From contig JAHIRY010000027.1 of the NCBI GenBank assembly GCA_018818405.1, forward strand, positions 1 to 41,764: a DNA stretch of 41,764 nt, written 5' to 3'. This document shows positions 7,648 through 17,030 of the stretch, one piece after another. Numbering within the stretch: the stretch's first letter is position 1; each line of letters opens with the position of its first letter. Below the pieces are notes generated by a model. That model ran no database searches. It saw nothing but the letters and a program-made list of their open reading frames with translations, and had not been told where the DNA came from. The position numbers were made by a program, and so were the translations under genes. Source of the stretch: Patescibacteria group bacterium. Lineage in GTDB: Bacteria > Patescibacteriota > Patescibacteriia > UBA11705 > JABHMO01.

Positions 7648-9909
7648 ATGTCACGCAAAAAAAAACAAAAATATACGGAAGTGGAATATTACAGTCTCAG
7701 TCCTGAAACAAAAAAAGGCATAGTCATTGTCGCGCTCTTCGCCTTTGCCGTCATTTGCATTCTGAGTTTTCTGGGAATTGCCGGACGGGCGGGATTTTAC
7801 CTTGACATGGGAATGGGAATCGCATTTGGCTGGGGTCGATATCTTTTTCCGATTCTGCTAATGCTGATCGGCTATATGATGGCGCGACCCAGCCGCTACA
7901 AAATTTCAATATCAAATTATGTTGGAATTTTTATTTTTTTATTGAGCGTTCTCGGTCTGATGCATTTGAAAATGCCGATTTCCGGTTCGTTTGATTTGAA
8001 TTTCGACGGAATCGGCGGCGGAGTTGTCGGATATTTGGTATTATTCCCATTAAATCTTTATCTGGGATTTTGGGGCGCTCTCAGCATTCTAATCGCGCTT
8101 TTCATGGCAGCTCTCCTGCTGATGTTCAATACCGGATTCGAATTGCTCCTGGAAAAATTAAATATCATCAAACACATTTCGCCATTCAAAAAGCAAGGAG
8201 ACTCTGATGCAGCAGATGAAGAGGATGATGATGAGGAAGAAGAGGAAGAAGAAATTGAAGAAGATTCTGAAAATCAAGCGACAGAAGTGAAATTCTCCCG
8301 CCGAGGAGTTCTGACCGAAGAATCAGCGCCTGTCGGCAGAACGAAAATAAAAACTCCGAAAGTAAGAATCGATTTGCCGTTAACTCTGCTCGATTCAAAA
8401 ATTTCCAAGCCGACCAGCGGAGATATCAAAGTCGGACGGGAAAGAATTCAAAAAACATTGGAAAATTTCAATATTGACGTGGAAATGGATGATGTTCAGG
8501 TCGGACCGACTGTCACTCAATATACATTCAAACCGGCTGAAGGCATCAAATTGTCAAGAATTACAACTTTGAGCAATGATCTCGCTCTTTCTCTCGCAGC
8601 GCATCCCATCAGAATCGAAGCGCCGATCCCCGGGAAATCTCTCGTCGGCATTGAAGTTCCGAATAAAAAACCCGCAATCGTGCGCGTGCGCGAAATTCTG
8701 GAATCACCTGAATTCAAACAACGAAAAAACAACCTGACAATTGCATTGGGAAAAGATGTCAGCGGAAAATGCTGGGTCAGCGATATTGCCAGCATGCCTC
8801 ACCTGCTCGTCGCCGGAGCCACCGGATCAGGCAAGAGTGTTTGCTTAAATACCATTATCATAAGTTTGCTTTATCAAAACAATCCCGATACTTTGCGAAT
8901 GCTCCTGGTTGATCCGAAGAGAGTGGAATTTCCGATTTACAATGGAATACCGCATCTGCTGGCGCCGGTAATTACGGATGTGACAAAAACGGTTTACGCT
9001 CTGCGCTGGGCGATCACGGAAATGGATCAGCGCTTTGACATATTATCAAAAGCAAACAAGAGAAACATTGAAGCATACAATCAAACGGCAAAAGAAAAAA
9101 TGCCTTACATTGTCATAATTATCGACGAATTGGCTGATCTCATGGTGGCGGCCTCAGCTGAAGTGGAAGGCAGCATCATTCGTCTGACGCAAATGGCGCG
9201 CGCCGTGGGAATTCATCTGATCGTGGCAACGCAACGGCCTTCGGTGGATGTCATCACCGGACTGATCAAAGCCAATATTCCATGCAGAATCGCCTTCAGC
9301 GTCGCTTCTCTCATGGATTCCCGAACAATTCTCGATTCTTCCGGAGCGGAAAAACTGGTCGGCAAAGGCGACATGCTTTTCATGACTCCGCAAGCGTCAA
9401 CTCCGCGACGGCTCCAAGGAACTTATTTATCTGACGATGAAACGAAAAAAGTCGTCTCATTCCTAAAAGACGCATTCGGAGAAGAACCTGATTACAATGA
9501 TGAAATAGTAAACAAGCAATCAAGCGCCAGCAGTTTTGATTTTCAAGGCGGGAATAATGATAATGGCGATGATTTGTTCGAAGAAGCCAAGGATGTTGTT
9601 CTTCGTTCCGGAAAAGCGTCGGCTTCGCTCTTGCAAAGACGGCTGAGAGTCGGTTATGCGAGAGCGGCCAGATTGATCGATCTGCTCGAAGACGCGGGAA
9701 TCGTCGGACCGGCTGACGGAGCAAGGCCGAGAGAAATATTGATGGACAGAAATTCAATTCAAAATTCAAAACCGACAGCTCCGCCCCATTCATTTGAAGA
9801 AGATAATGATGAAGAAAACGAAGAAGACGATTCGGACGATTTTGAAGAAGAACCGCCGAAAAAAACCAATTCTTTTCCAAACGAATCCGATGATGATGAA
9901 ATTTATTAA
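7648..9909 (+). CDS. ftsK: DNA translocase FtsK/SpoIIIE
   Basis: 4TM N-domain, RIEAPIPGK, Walker A GATGSGKS, IDELADLM, gamma domain LQRRLRVGYARAAR. Start refined to ATG 7648. Confidence 0.97.
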   Translation: MSRKKKQKYTEVEYYSLSPETKKGIVIVALFAFAVICILSFLGIAGRAGFYLDMGMGIAFGWGRYLFPILLMLIGYMMARPSRYKISISNYVGIFIFLLSVLGLMHLKMPISGSFDLNFDGIGGGVVGYLVLFPLNLYLGFWGALSILIALFMAALLLMFNTGFELLLEKLNIIKHISPFKKQGDSDAADEEDDDEEEEEEEIEEDSENQATEVKFSRRGVLTEESAPVGRTKIKTPKVRIDLPLTLLDSKISKPTSGDIKVGRERIQKTLENFNIDVEMDDVQVGPTVTQYTFKPAEGIKLSRITTLSNDLALSLAAHPIRIEAPIPGKSLVGIEVPNKKPAIVRVREILESPEFKQRKNNLTIALGKDVSGKCWVSDIASMPHLLVAGATGSGKSVCLNTIIISLLYQNNPDTLRMLLVDPKRVEFPIYNGIPHLLAPVITDVTKTVYALRWAITEMDQRFDILSKANKRNIEAYNQTAKEKMPYIVIIIDELADLMVAASAEVEGSIIRLTQMARAVGIHLIVATQRPSVDVITGLIKANIPCRIAFSVASLMDSRTILDSSGAEKLVGKGDMLFMTPQASTPRRLQGTYLSDDETKKVVSFLKDAFGEEPDYNDEIVNKQSSASSFDFQGGNNDNGDDLFEEAKDVVLRSGKASASLLQRRLRVGYARAARLIDLLEDAGIVGPADGARPREILMDRNSIQNSKPTAPPHSFEEDNDEENEEDDSDDFEEEPPKKTNSFPNESDDDEIY

Positions 9910-9918
9910 ATTACCACT

Positions 9919-10620
9919 ATGACCAGTTTTGTCAGCAAAAAACTTTCATCAATAAACACTCTGGGAGAAAAACTCCAGTCATACAGAAATGAAAAAAATT
10001 GGACGCGGGAACAAGCCGCAAAAATACTGAATATCAATGTAAGATACATCAAAGAATTGGAAGCAGATGATTTCGAACATCTGCCGGCAGATGTTTACAC
10101 AATAAACATTTTGAAAAGCTACGCTGACATTCTGGAACTGAATCCCATCACAGCGGTGAATCTGTACAAACGGCAAAAAGCGCTTTATCTCGGAACCAGA
10201 AAAAAAAAGTACGACAGGAGCGGATCATTATTGAACAGAACACTGAATTTATTTCTGAATCCAAAACTGATTAAATACACAATAGGAAGCATTTTTTTGG
10301 TCAGCGTGTTATTATATATCGGCTGGCAGGTAAACAAAATAATCGAACCGCCGAAGCTGGTCATTGATTCGCCGGACGACAATATGATAATCAACAGCCG
10401 GGAAATAGAAATTTCCGGAACCACGGACAAGGAAGTCAATCTGACAATCAACAATCGGCTCTTGCTCAGCGACAAAAGCGGACATTTTTCACTGAAAATC
10501 GATTTGCAAAAAGGATTGAACATCATCAAAATTTCCTCGCAAAAAAAACACAGCAAAGAACAAGTCATATATCGCCGCATTATTGTGACGGAAGAAGAAA
10601 CCGATGATTCGGACAGTTAA
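9919..10620 (+). CDS. RodZ-like HTH protein with TM helix and Ig-like C-domain
   Basis: LGEKL..R..LEADDFEHLP..YADILEL, TM segment, ISGTT..L.KGLNII. Confidence 0.8.
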   Translation: MTSFVSKKLSSINTLGEKLQSYRNEKNWTREQAAKILNINVRYIKELEADDFEHLPADVYTINILKSYADILELNPITAVNLYKRQKALYLGTRKKKYDRSGSLLNRTLNLFLNPKLIKYTIGSIFLVSVLLYIGWQVNKIIEPPKLVIDSPDDNMIINSREIEISGTTDKEVNLTINNRLLLSDKSGHFSLKIDLQKGLNIIKISSQKKHSKEQVIYRRIIVTEEETDDSDS

Positions 10621-10679
10621 TAATTTTTCAAATAATTTACATCAGAAAAATTTCATGCTTATTTTTCTGAAAAACCAAT

Positions 10680-11714
10680 ATGGCAAAAAAGGAATCCGGT
10701 GATATTTCACAAGTAAAGTTGGACGCGGCGGAAGATGCTATCCATCAGATCAAAGAAAAATATGGTGAAGGCGCGATCATGCGGCTCGGCGAAGCTCATG
10801 CGATGAATGTGGAAGCGATCCCAACCGGAAGCATTTCACTGGATCTCGCTCTCGGAGTCGGCGGAGTTCCGCGCGGCAGAATAATTGAGATTTTCGGACC
10901 GGAATCTTCCGGCAAAACAACTCTGGCGCAACACATTGTAGCTGAAGTTCAAAAGCAAAAAGGAACAGCCGCTTTCATTGACGCGGAACACGCGCTTGAT
11001 CCTGATTATGCGAAAAAAATCGGAATCAATATCAATGAAATGTTTATTTCCCAGCCGGATACCGGAGAGCAAGCGCTGGAAATTGTGGAAACCCTTGTCC
11101 GCTCAAATGCGATTGACATTATAGTAATCGATTCTGTGGCCGCGCTGACGCCAAGAGCGGAAATTGAAGGAGACATGGGAGATCACCACATGGGACTGCA
11201 AGCCAGACTCATGAGTCAGGCGCTGAGAAAATTGGCCGGAATTATCGGAAAAACAAAGACAACCGTTATATTTATCAATCAGACCAGACAAAAAATCGGC
11301 GTGTTTTTCGGCAATCCGGAAACAACTACCGGAGGAATGGCATTGAAATTTTACAGCTCAGTGAGAATTGAAGTCAGACGCGCCGCGCAAATCAAAAAAG
11401 GAGAAAACACAATCGGCAATCGAGTAAAAGTGAAAGTAGTGAAAAACAAAGTCGCTCCGCCATTCCAATCCTGCGAATTTGATATCATGTACAATGAAGG
11501 CATTTCCGTTTCCGGAGATTTGATCGACACTACACTGACCTACAATATCATTTCAAAAAGCGGCAATTCCTATTCATACGGAGAAGAAAAGCTGGGCGTC
11601 GGCAGAGAAAACGCAAAACAATATCTCCGCAGCAATCCGAAATTAATGGAAAAAATGACAAAGCAAGTCTGGGAAATCGTCGATAAAAGAAGATTGGAGG
11701 AAAACGGTTCGTAA
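10680..11714 (+). CDS. recA: Recombinase A
   Basis: [36 protein letters not shown]. Confidence 0.99.
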   Translation: MAKKESGDISQVKLDAAEDAIHQIKEKYGEGAIMRLGEAHAMNVEAIPTGSISLDLALGVGGVPRGRIIEIFGPESSGKTTLAQHIVAEVQKQKGTAAFIDAEHALDPDYAKKIGININEMFISQPDTGEQALEIVETLVRSNAIDIIVIDSVAALTPRAEIEGDMGDHHMGLQARLMSQALRKLAGIIGKTKTTVIFINQTRQKIGVFFGNPETTTGGMALKFYSSVRIEVRRAAQIKKGENTIGNRVKVKVVKNKVAPPFQSCEFDIMYNEGISVSGDLIDTTLTYNIISKSGNSYSYGEEKLGVGRENAKQYLRSNPKLMEKMTKQVWEIVDKRRLEENGS

Positions 11715-11732
11715 AAAAACCTTAAACGCAAT

Positions 11733-11770
11733 AAAAAAAGAAAGGCAATTGATCTGCCCTTCTTTTTTTT
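11733..11770. terminator. Bidirectional terminator between recA and rpsR
   Basis: A-tract/GAAAGGCA...TGCCCTTTC/T-tract between convergent genes. Confidence 0.75.
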
Positions 11771-11772
11771 CT

Positions 11773-11994
11773 TTATCGATTGAGATATGGAAGAATTGCC
11801 ATGAATCGCGCGCGCTTGATCGCTGTCGCCAATTTCCGTTGATGCTTCGAGCACAATTTACTTCGTCTCGGAGGCATGATTTTCGCGTAAGATGAAATAA
11901 ATTTTCTGAGCAACTGTCCGTCAGTATAGTTGACTTCTTTTATTCCATTTATGCAAAAGTAACAGCCTTTATCCTTATTTAAACTTGGTTTCAT
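11773..11994 (-). CDS. rpsR: 30S ribosomal protein S18
   Basis: CYFC..KI.P.R..C.KHQRKLATAIKRARFMAILPY. Confidence 0.97.
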   Translation of the reverse strand: MKPSLNKDKGCYFCINGIKEVNYTDGQLLRKFISSYAKIMPPRRSKLCSKHQRKLATAIKRARFMAILPYLNR

Positions 11995-12008
11995 AAAATG
12001 TTTTGTTA

Positions 12009-12464
12009 TTAAAATGGTATGTCTTCAACCTTTATTTCTTCATCAGCTTGATTGTTTGCCGTGGGAATTTCAGTTGCGACAGCGCTCGTTGCCACTGGCT
12101 CAAAATTTGCAGAACCGCCGGAAGATGTTGACGCGCCCGCGCGATCCAGCATGATCATATTGTCAGCCACAATTTCCGTTTTATATTTTTTCACTCCATC
12201 CTGCCCCTCCCAATCTCTGGTCTGCAATCTTCCTTCAATGTAAACTTTACTGCCTTTTCTCAAATACTGATTGCAAATTTCCGCCAATTTGCGCCAGACT
12301 ACAATGCCGTGGTATTCGACTCTTTCCTGTCGCGCGCCATTCGCGTCTGTCCAGGTAAAATTCGTCGCCACGCGAAATGAAGAAACCGATGTTCCCTGAG
12401 GAGTTGTTCTTCCCTCGGGATCAGCCGTTAAACGTCCGATGATCATTGCTCGGTTGAGATCCAT
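12009..12464 (-). CDS. ssb: Single-stranded DNA-binding protein
   Basis: OB-fold motifs (GRLTADPE, VYIEGRLQTR) and C-terminal EDIPF. Confidence 0.98.
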   Translation of the reverse strand: MDLNRAMIIGRLTADPEGRTTPQGTSVSSFRVATNFTWTDANGARQERVEYHGIVVWRKLAEICNQYLRKGSKVYIEGRLQTRDWEGQDGVKKYKTEIVADNMIMLDRAGASTSSGGSANFEPVATSAVATEIPTANNQADEEIKVEDIPF

Positions 12465-12511
12465 ATTGATTTTTGTTAATTGAATTAAATGTGTTTTGGA
12501 ATTGTTAGAAT

Positions 12512-12850
12512 GATTAGCTTGTAGCTGATTAGCTTTTTAGCTAATTTTAAACCTTGCGACTAATTTATAATTTAGGTTGCTGCGAATGTTCGAATAATCG
12601 CGAATTCTCCACCGCAGCGTGCGGGGCGGGCGAATTATAATTTAGAATTTTATTGTGCTCCTTGCTTAGTGCTCCTTGCCGTAGGTTGCTGCCACCGCAT
12701 CGTGCGGGATCCCGCCCGCGGCGATGATTTAGGATTTCGTATTTCGGATTTATAATTTCATTTGATTGAATTCCAGGCGCAAGATTTTGCGCCGGATTAG
12801 GCGGGTGCAACCCGCCTCTACAAAAATTGTTATATGCTATATGCTACGTG
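12512..12850 (-). repeat. Modular intergenic element, copy A (rpsF-ssb)
   Basis: 34-bp exact match (12647-12680) to 25042-25075 in reverse complement; 18-bp exact match (12728-12745) to 39624-39641. Confidence 0.85.
12799..12821 (-). repeat. GTAG-type REP-like palindrome
   Basis: Minus strand reads GTAG-AGGCGGGT-TGC-ACCCGCCT. Confidence 0.55.
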
Positions 12851-13378
12851 CTAAAGCATATCATCCGTCAAAATATCATCCAACTTCTTGTCCAAATCCT
12901 CCAAACTCAATTTCTGTTTTTCCGCTTTCACCTTTTCCGTCGGCGCTTCAGGCGCTTTTGCCAAGGTTTCCGGTTCTTCCTTTATCGCGCCCGGCTTTGC
13001 GTCTTCATCTAGTTTTTTCAATTCATCTTCTTTTTCTTGTCTCAAATTTTCCTGAATCTTGTTTTCACGCTTGATCTCAGCTTCTGTTTTAATTCTCTTT
13101 TTCACGATCAAATGCCGAATAATCTCGGGCATCAATTTCAACAAAGAATCAAGCTTTTTCATTTGCTCTCCTTCCATGTTGAATTCAACCGCAACATAAG
13201 TTCCTTGAAACGCTTGTTTTATCGGATACGCCAACTTTTGTCTTCCGAAAATTTGATCAGCCGTCAATTCGCCTCCTTGCTCCTTGATCACTCCGGAAAT
13301 CTTTTCAATAACCTTTGTCAATTCATCATCCAGATATTTAATCGGAACAATGTACAACAATTCATAGTGTTGCATCAT
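12851..13378 (-). CDS. rpsF: 30S ribosomal protein S6 with long C-terminal extension
   Basis: YELLYI..GRQKLAYPIK..G.Y..IIRHLIV; rpsF-ssb-rpsR gene order. Confidence 0.96.
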   Translation of the reverse strand: MMQHYELLYIVPIKYLDDELTKVIEKISGVIKEQGGELTADQIFGRQKLAYPIKQAFQGTYVAVEFNMEGEQMKKLDSLLKLMPEIIRHLIVKKRIKTEAEIKRENKIQENLRQEKEDELKKLDEDAKPGAIKEEPETLAKAPEAPTEKVKAEKQKLSLEDLDKKLDDILTDDML

Positions 13379-13884
13379 AAACTCTAAAATTTTGACATTC
13401 TGTAATCTCCGAGACGGAAATTAATGGACTTAAAGCAGAACATCATTAATTTATTAAACTAAGGTCAATTTAACATAAAGAATAAAATTTGGCAAGATCT
13501 ACAATAAGTGCATTTAATAAGGTTCCACAACATGCTTTCTTTCAATTCCCTCAAAACTTATTCTCTATTAGCAAACTGCGATAATATTTTTGTCCCAGAC
13601 ATAAACTTTTGAGTTATATTTTTCACCTTTACTCTATAAATACCTGCACCCATTGCTTCATCACCTATGTACAAAAATTCACAATGACGACGGTTGGCTA
13701 AAGAGGGGGAAAATAGTGTTTAATCATTTCTGACATATAAAACTATTTTTTATAGATATTTGTAGGAGTTAAACTTTAATTTTAATACCCCCGATACAAT
13801 TTAATACAATTATTCGTACTAACTTGCACCATTCACTAACTTTCGTTATACTATAATTGTTAATAATCTAATAAAATAAACCGT

Positions 13885-15066
13885 ATGATAAGAAAAGTAA
13901 AATTTAGTAACTTCTATTCGTTCCACAAAGAACAAGAAATTAGCTTTTTGGCAAAAAAGAAAAAAACTTATGATTATTATCAATCAAAATCTGGCGACCA
14001 AATAACTAAAATTGCTGGTTTTATTGGTGGTAATGCGGCTGGTAAAACAAATATTATGAGGTTTTTCAGTTTCTTGAGTTATTTTGTATGCAGAAAGGTA
14101 TCCGATGAATCTCCGCTAATAGTAGACATTGCGTATAAAACATTTTTTAACAACAATGAGCCGTCAAAATTTTACATTGAATTTGAAAAGACAGATTCTA
14201 TATTTTTTTATGACTTTTCAATTCAAAACAATGAAATATTTAGTGAATCTCTTTTTGTAAAAAAAATACAAAAAGGATCTCGAAAAATTGAAATTTTTTC
14301 GCGCCGCTTGAATTCCATTAAAATATTAAATGCTGATTTTTTTAAAAATTTATCAGCGGATGCTTTTCCTGATATTAGAAAGGATGTTTCTTTTATTGCA
14401 TTCATAAAAAAATCCACTTACAACGTTGATATACTAAATGTTGTTTATGATTACTTTCTAGAATTTAAAACTAATATTAATGAAACAGGAGAAACAAATC
14501 ATCTTGGCCACCAACTTAAAACACTTAATAATTATCTTAATGATCCTAACCTAAAAAAAGAGATGGAAAAATTTATTAGCCATTTTGATGTGGGATTAAG
14601 TGGTTTTGAAATTATAAAAGAAACAAAAGATAAAAATTCTTTTATAACAGTTCATGGCGTTCATTCTACGAAAGGAAACAATAATAAGCTTGATTTTATT
14701 TACGAATCGAGAGGTACACAATCCTTATTTTTTACTATTGGGGATATTTTAAGCGCCTTAAAAAACAATAGCATTGTTATAATTGATGAAATCGAAACTG
14801 GATTTCATCCAGAAGCTTTAAATAAAATTATTAGCTTCTTTATAGATGAAGACAAAGATAAAAAATCTCAAATACTCTTTTCATCGCATTCCCTAGGATT
14901 CATGAACAAGCTAGACATACATCAAATTTTTCTAACAGAAAAGAACGAAAACGGCGAAAGTACTGTGTATCGCCTAAACGAGGTTGAAGGAATTCGGACA
15001 GATGAAAACTATTTAGCAAAATACATGACTGGAGCTTATGGGGCATTCCCTAAAATAAGAGTATAA
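13885..15066 (+). CDS. AAA_21/RloA-like ABC-type ATPase
   Basis: NFYSF, Walker A GGNAAGKT, ESRGT signature, IIDEIETGFHP, FSSH, C-terminal YMTGAYGAFP. Confidence 0.9.
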   Translation: MIRKVKFSNFYSFHKEQEISFLAKKKKTYDYYQSKSGDQITKIAGFIGGNAAGKTNIMRFFSFLSYFVCRKVSDESPLIVDIAYKTFFNNNEPSKFYIEFEKTDSIFFYDFSIQNNEIFSESLFVKKIQKGSRKIEIFSRRLNSIKILNADFFKNLSADAFPDIRKDVSFIAFIKKSTYNVDILNVVYDYFLEFKTNINETGETNHLGHQLKTLNNYLNDPNLKKEMEKFISHFDVGLSGFEIIKETKDKNSFITVHGVHSTKGNNNKLDFIYESRGTQSLFFTIGDILSALKNNSIVIIDEIETGFHPEALNKIISFFIDEDKDKKSQILFSSHSLGFMNKLDIHQIFLTEKNENGESTVYRLNEVEGIRTDENYLAKYMTGAYGAFPKIRV

Positions 15067-15070
15067 ATTT

Positions 15071-15550
15071 ATGACATCTCTTTATTCTTGCTTAATGTTT
15101 GGAGAAGGGAAAAAAGATAAAAAATTTTTGATAACCCTGATTGATTTACCTAAATTTAAATATCATACATCAAAATGGACTATCAAAATCGAGGGGGCAA
15201 GCGGGTCTTCTCCGGAGGTAATCCTCCGCCAATGTCAGGCAATTCCTTATTTCCAAAATTACAATTTAGTTATTTGCTTCATTGATTTAGATAAATTGAA
15301 AAATGATTACCCCCAAAAGTGGGAAACTAAAAAGAAACAGCTTGAAAAAAATTACTCAAATATTACAATTATATGGCAAATCGATAATGCAGAAGACGAA
15401 TACCGAAAAGTATTGGGGGCTCAATACGATAATAAACATAAATTAAATAAAATGGCGAAAAAACAGGTAGCCCTATTTATAAATTCCTCGCTTTGGAAAA
15501 GAATATTAAAACCTATACGAGATACGGAAAAAGAACTGAATAAATTATGA
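15071..15550 (+). CDS. RloB-like TOPRIM-fold protein
   Basis: FGEGKKD, GSSP and CFIDLD acidic motifs; starts 4 nt after the ATPase. Confidence 0.65.
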   Translation: MTSLYSCLMFGEGKKDKKFLITLIDLPKFKYHTSKWTIKIEGASGSSPEVILRQCQAIPYFQNYNLVICFIDLDKLKNDYPQKWETKKKQLEKNYSNITIIWQIDNAEDEYRKVLGAQYDNKHKLNKMAKKQVALFINSSLWKRILKPIRDTEKELNKL

Positions 15551-15675
15551 GTTCTAGTCATTAGGCTTTCACCGAATGCCCACTTTATTTTTCTTCCCCG
15601 CATTCCGAAAAACATCTCATATCCTAGTATGCCATGGAAAATAATTAAAAAATCTTTCTTATTTTTTACAAAAAT

Positions 15676-16143
15676 ATGACCGACAACAAAACACTATCGT
15701 ATTCAGAGATGATTAATTTAGGCAAACAAAACCTTGAGTCTTTACTGGATACTGGGACTACAGCATCTGGCAAAAAGATGATGTCTTATGAGGAAATGCT
15801 AAACTTAAGTAGCGAAGATGCATTTCAAGAAATATTAATCCTGAAAGCAGAATTTGACAGAAAGAATCTCCTCCAAGAAATGATTGAACACGAAGAAAAA
15901 ACCAACACTATCAAAGACGAATTATTAAACGATGTCAAAAGAGGAAAACAAATTTCGGCGGAAAGTATCGCGCTTCGAATGGTTTTTGACAAAAATGAAA
16001 GTGCCGAGATTGTTTCGATATTTGATAAAGTAAAAAAAAGATTAAAGCACTTAGAAAAAACAGATGACACGGATCTCGTACAAGACGCAATATACGCCAA
16101 GGCTGCATCTGATTTTGTTAATTCAAGTAAACACAAAAATTAA
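15676..16143 (+). CDS. Hypothetical protein
   Basis: 155-aa helical ORF with an internal duplication (LSYSEMINL / MSYEEMLNL). Confidence 0.7.
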   Translation: MTDNKTLSYSEMINLGKQNLESLLDTGTTASGKKMMSYEEMLNLSSEDAFQEILILKAEFDRKNLLQEMIEHEEKTNTIKDELLNDVKRGKQISAESIALRMVFDKNESAEIVSIFDKVKKRLKHLEKTDDTDLVQDAIYAKAASDFVNSSKHKN

Positions 16144-16275
16144 GACAATCTTTTATTACATCCGCCAACCGCTTATTTCACCGCCACCAATTACCTTTCA
16201 TCCGCTTTATTTACAAAAACAATCACTTTTTCCATACGACGCAGGTAATGCGCAGTCGCAATTTGTACGCGAAAT

Positions 16276-16308
16276 AAAAAAAGGCCCGCCGAACGCGTTC
16301 GACGGACC
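16276..16308 (-). terminator. Terminator of the 16374-16841 orphan
   Basis: Minus strand GGTCCGTCGAAC-GC-GTTCGGCGGGCC-T7. Confidence 0.75.
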
Positions 16309-16373
16309 AAATTTCCTCAATCCGTTGAAACCGGAACTTGCTCCGGCTGTTTTACTAAAAAAAACGACTTCAG

Positions 16374-16841
16374 TCATTCTTTCACCCGGCTCTTCCCTAC
16401 GGGCAGAGATTCACAACTGATAAAATAATAAAAACAAATAAAACTCACCGTAGCCATCAAATCCAGACTGCACAAGACTCTATCTTTATTCATCGCAAAA
16501 AATAAAATTACTCCAGGAAAAACACACAACACCCAAACCAATCTAAGCAGTTGATGCATCTCCGGATTTTTTCTCGCGGTTGAACTTCTCTCCCTTTTCG
16601 TGTCCTGCAATAAATACCAACATACAAAACCAGAAATTACGAACAGCAATACTGCTTTCGCGATGAACATATTTCCTTCCAACATGCCGTAACAAACCTC
16701 GGAAACCACAAAAATCATCGCATTGAGGTAGGCAATCTTATAATTTAATTTCCCGATTCCCGTTATCTTCGCGCCCCAGTCGGAAAATCGCTGAAATTTG
16801 TCCAGCACCCAGCGGTCGATGGAAGAGATAACTCTCCACAT
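16374..16841 (-). CDS. Orphan 4-TM membrane protein
   Basis: AAGGAGG SD before ATG 16841; promoter TTGACA-17-TAAACT at 16874-16902; four hydrophobic segments. Confidence 0.75.
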   Translation of the reverse strand: MWRVISSIDRWVLDKFQRFSDWGAKITGIGKLNYKIAYLNAMIFVVSEVCYGMLEGNMFIAKAVLLFVISGFVCWYLLQDTKRERSSTARKNPEMHQLLRLVWVLCVFPGVILFFAMNKDRVLCSLDLMATVSFICFYYFISCESLPVGKSRVKE

Positions 16842-16922
16842 GGCGTCCTCCTTGTCAATGTTCAAACCTTGTAAGTTTACAAAAAACCGCGAATTTTGTC
16901 AATCAATTACCGCAAACATTAA

Positions 16923-16990
16923 TTGACTGCCTATTTAATTCATGCTATACTTTCCACGAAAGCTAGTTTAGATAATAAACTAGCATTTTT
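16923..16990 (+). promoter_or_regulatory. nusA promoter and leader attenuator-like hairpin
   Basis: TTGACT-17-TATACT (extended TG), then GCTAGTTTA-GATAA-TAAACTAGC-ATTTTTT. Confidence 0.65.
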
Positions 16991-17030
16991 TATAAATAAA
17001 TTTAGTTTTTACCAACTATTTGCAAAAGTT

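Noticed and set aside
12565-12810. 81-aa ORF in the rpsF-ssb spacer (likewise 24848-25137, 26751-26954, 33461-33670)
   Set aside because: These are translations of the repeat elements and show no protein-like features.
13490-13740. Degraded gene upstream of the ATPase
   Set aside because: Only short stop-interrupted frames; no recognisable family.
16374-16376. TGA recoding (genetic code 4/25)
   Set aside because: groES and tsaD end at TGA at their normal C-termini, and core genes have no internal TGA.
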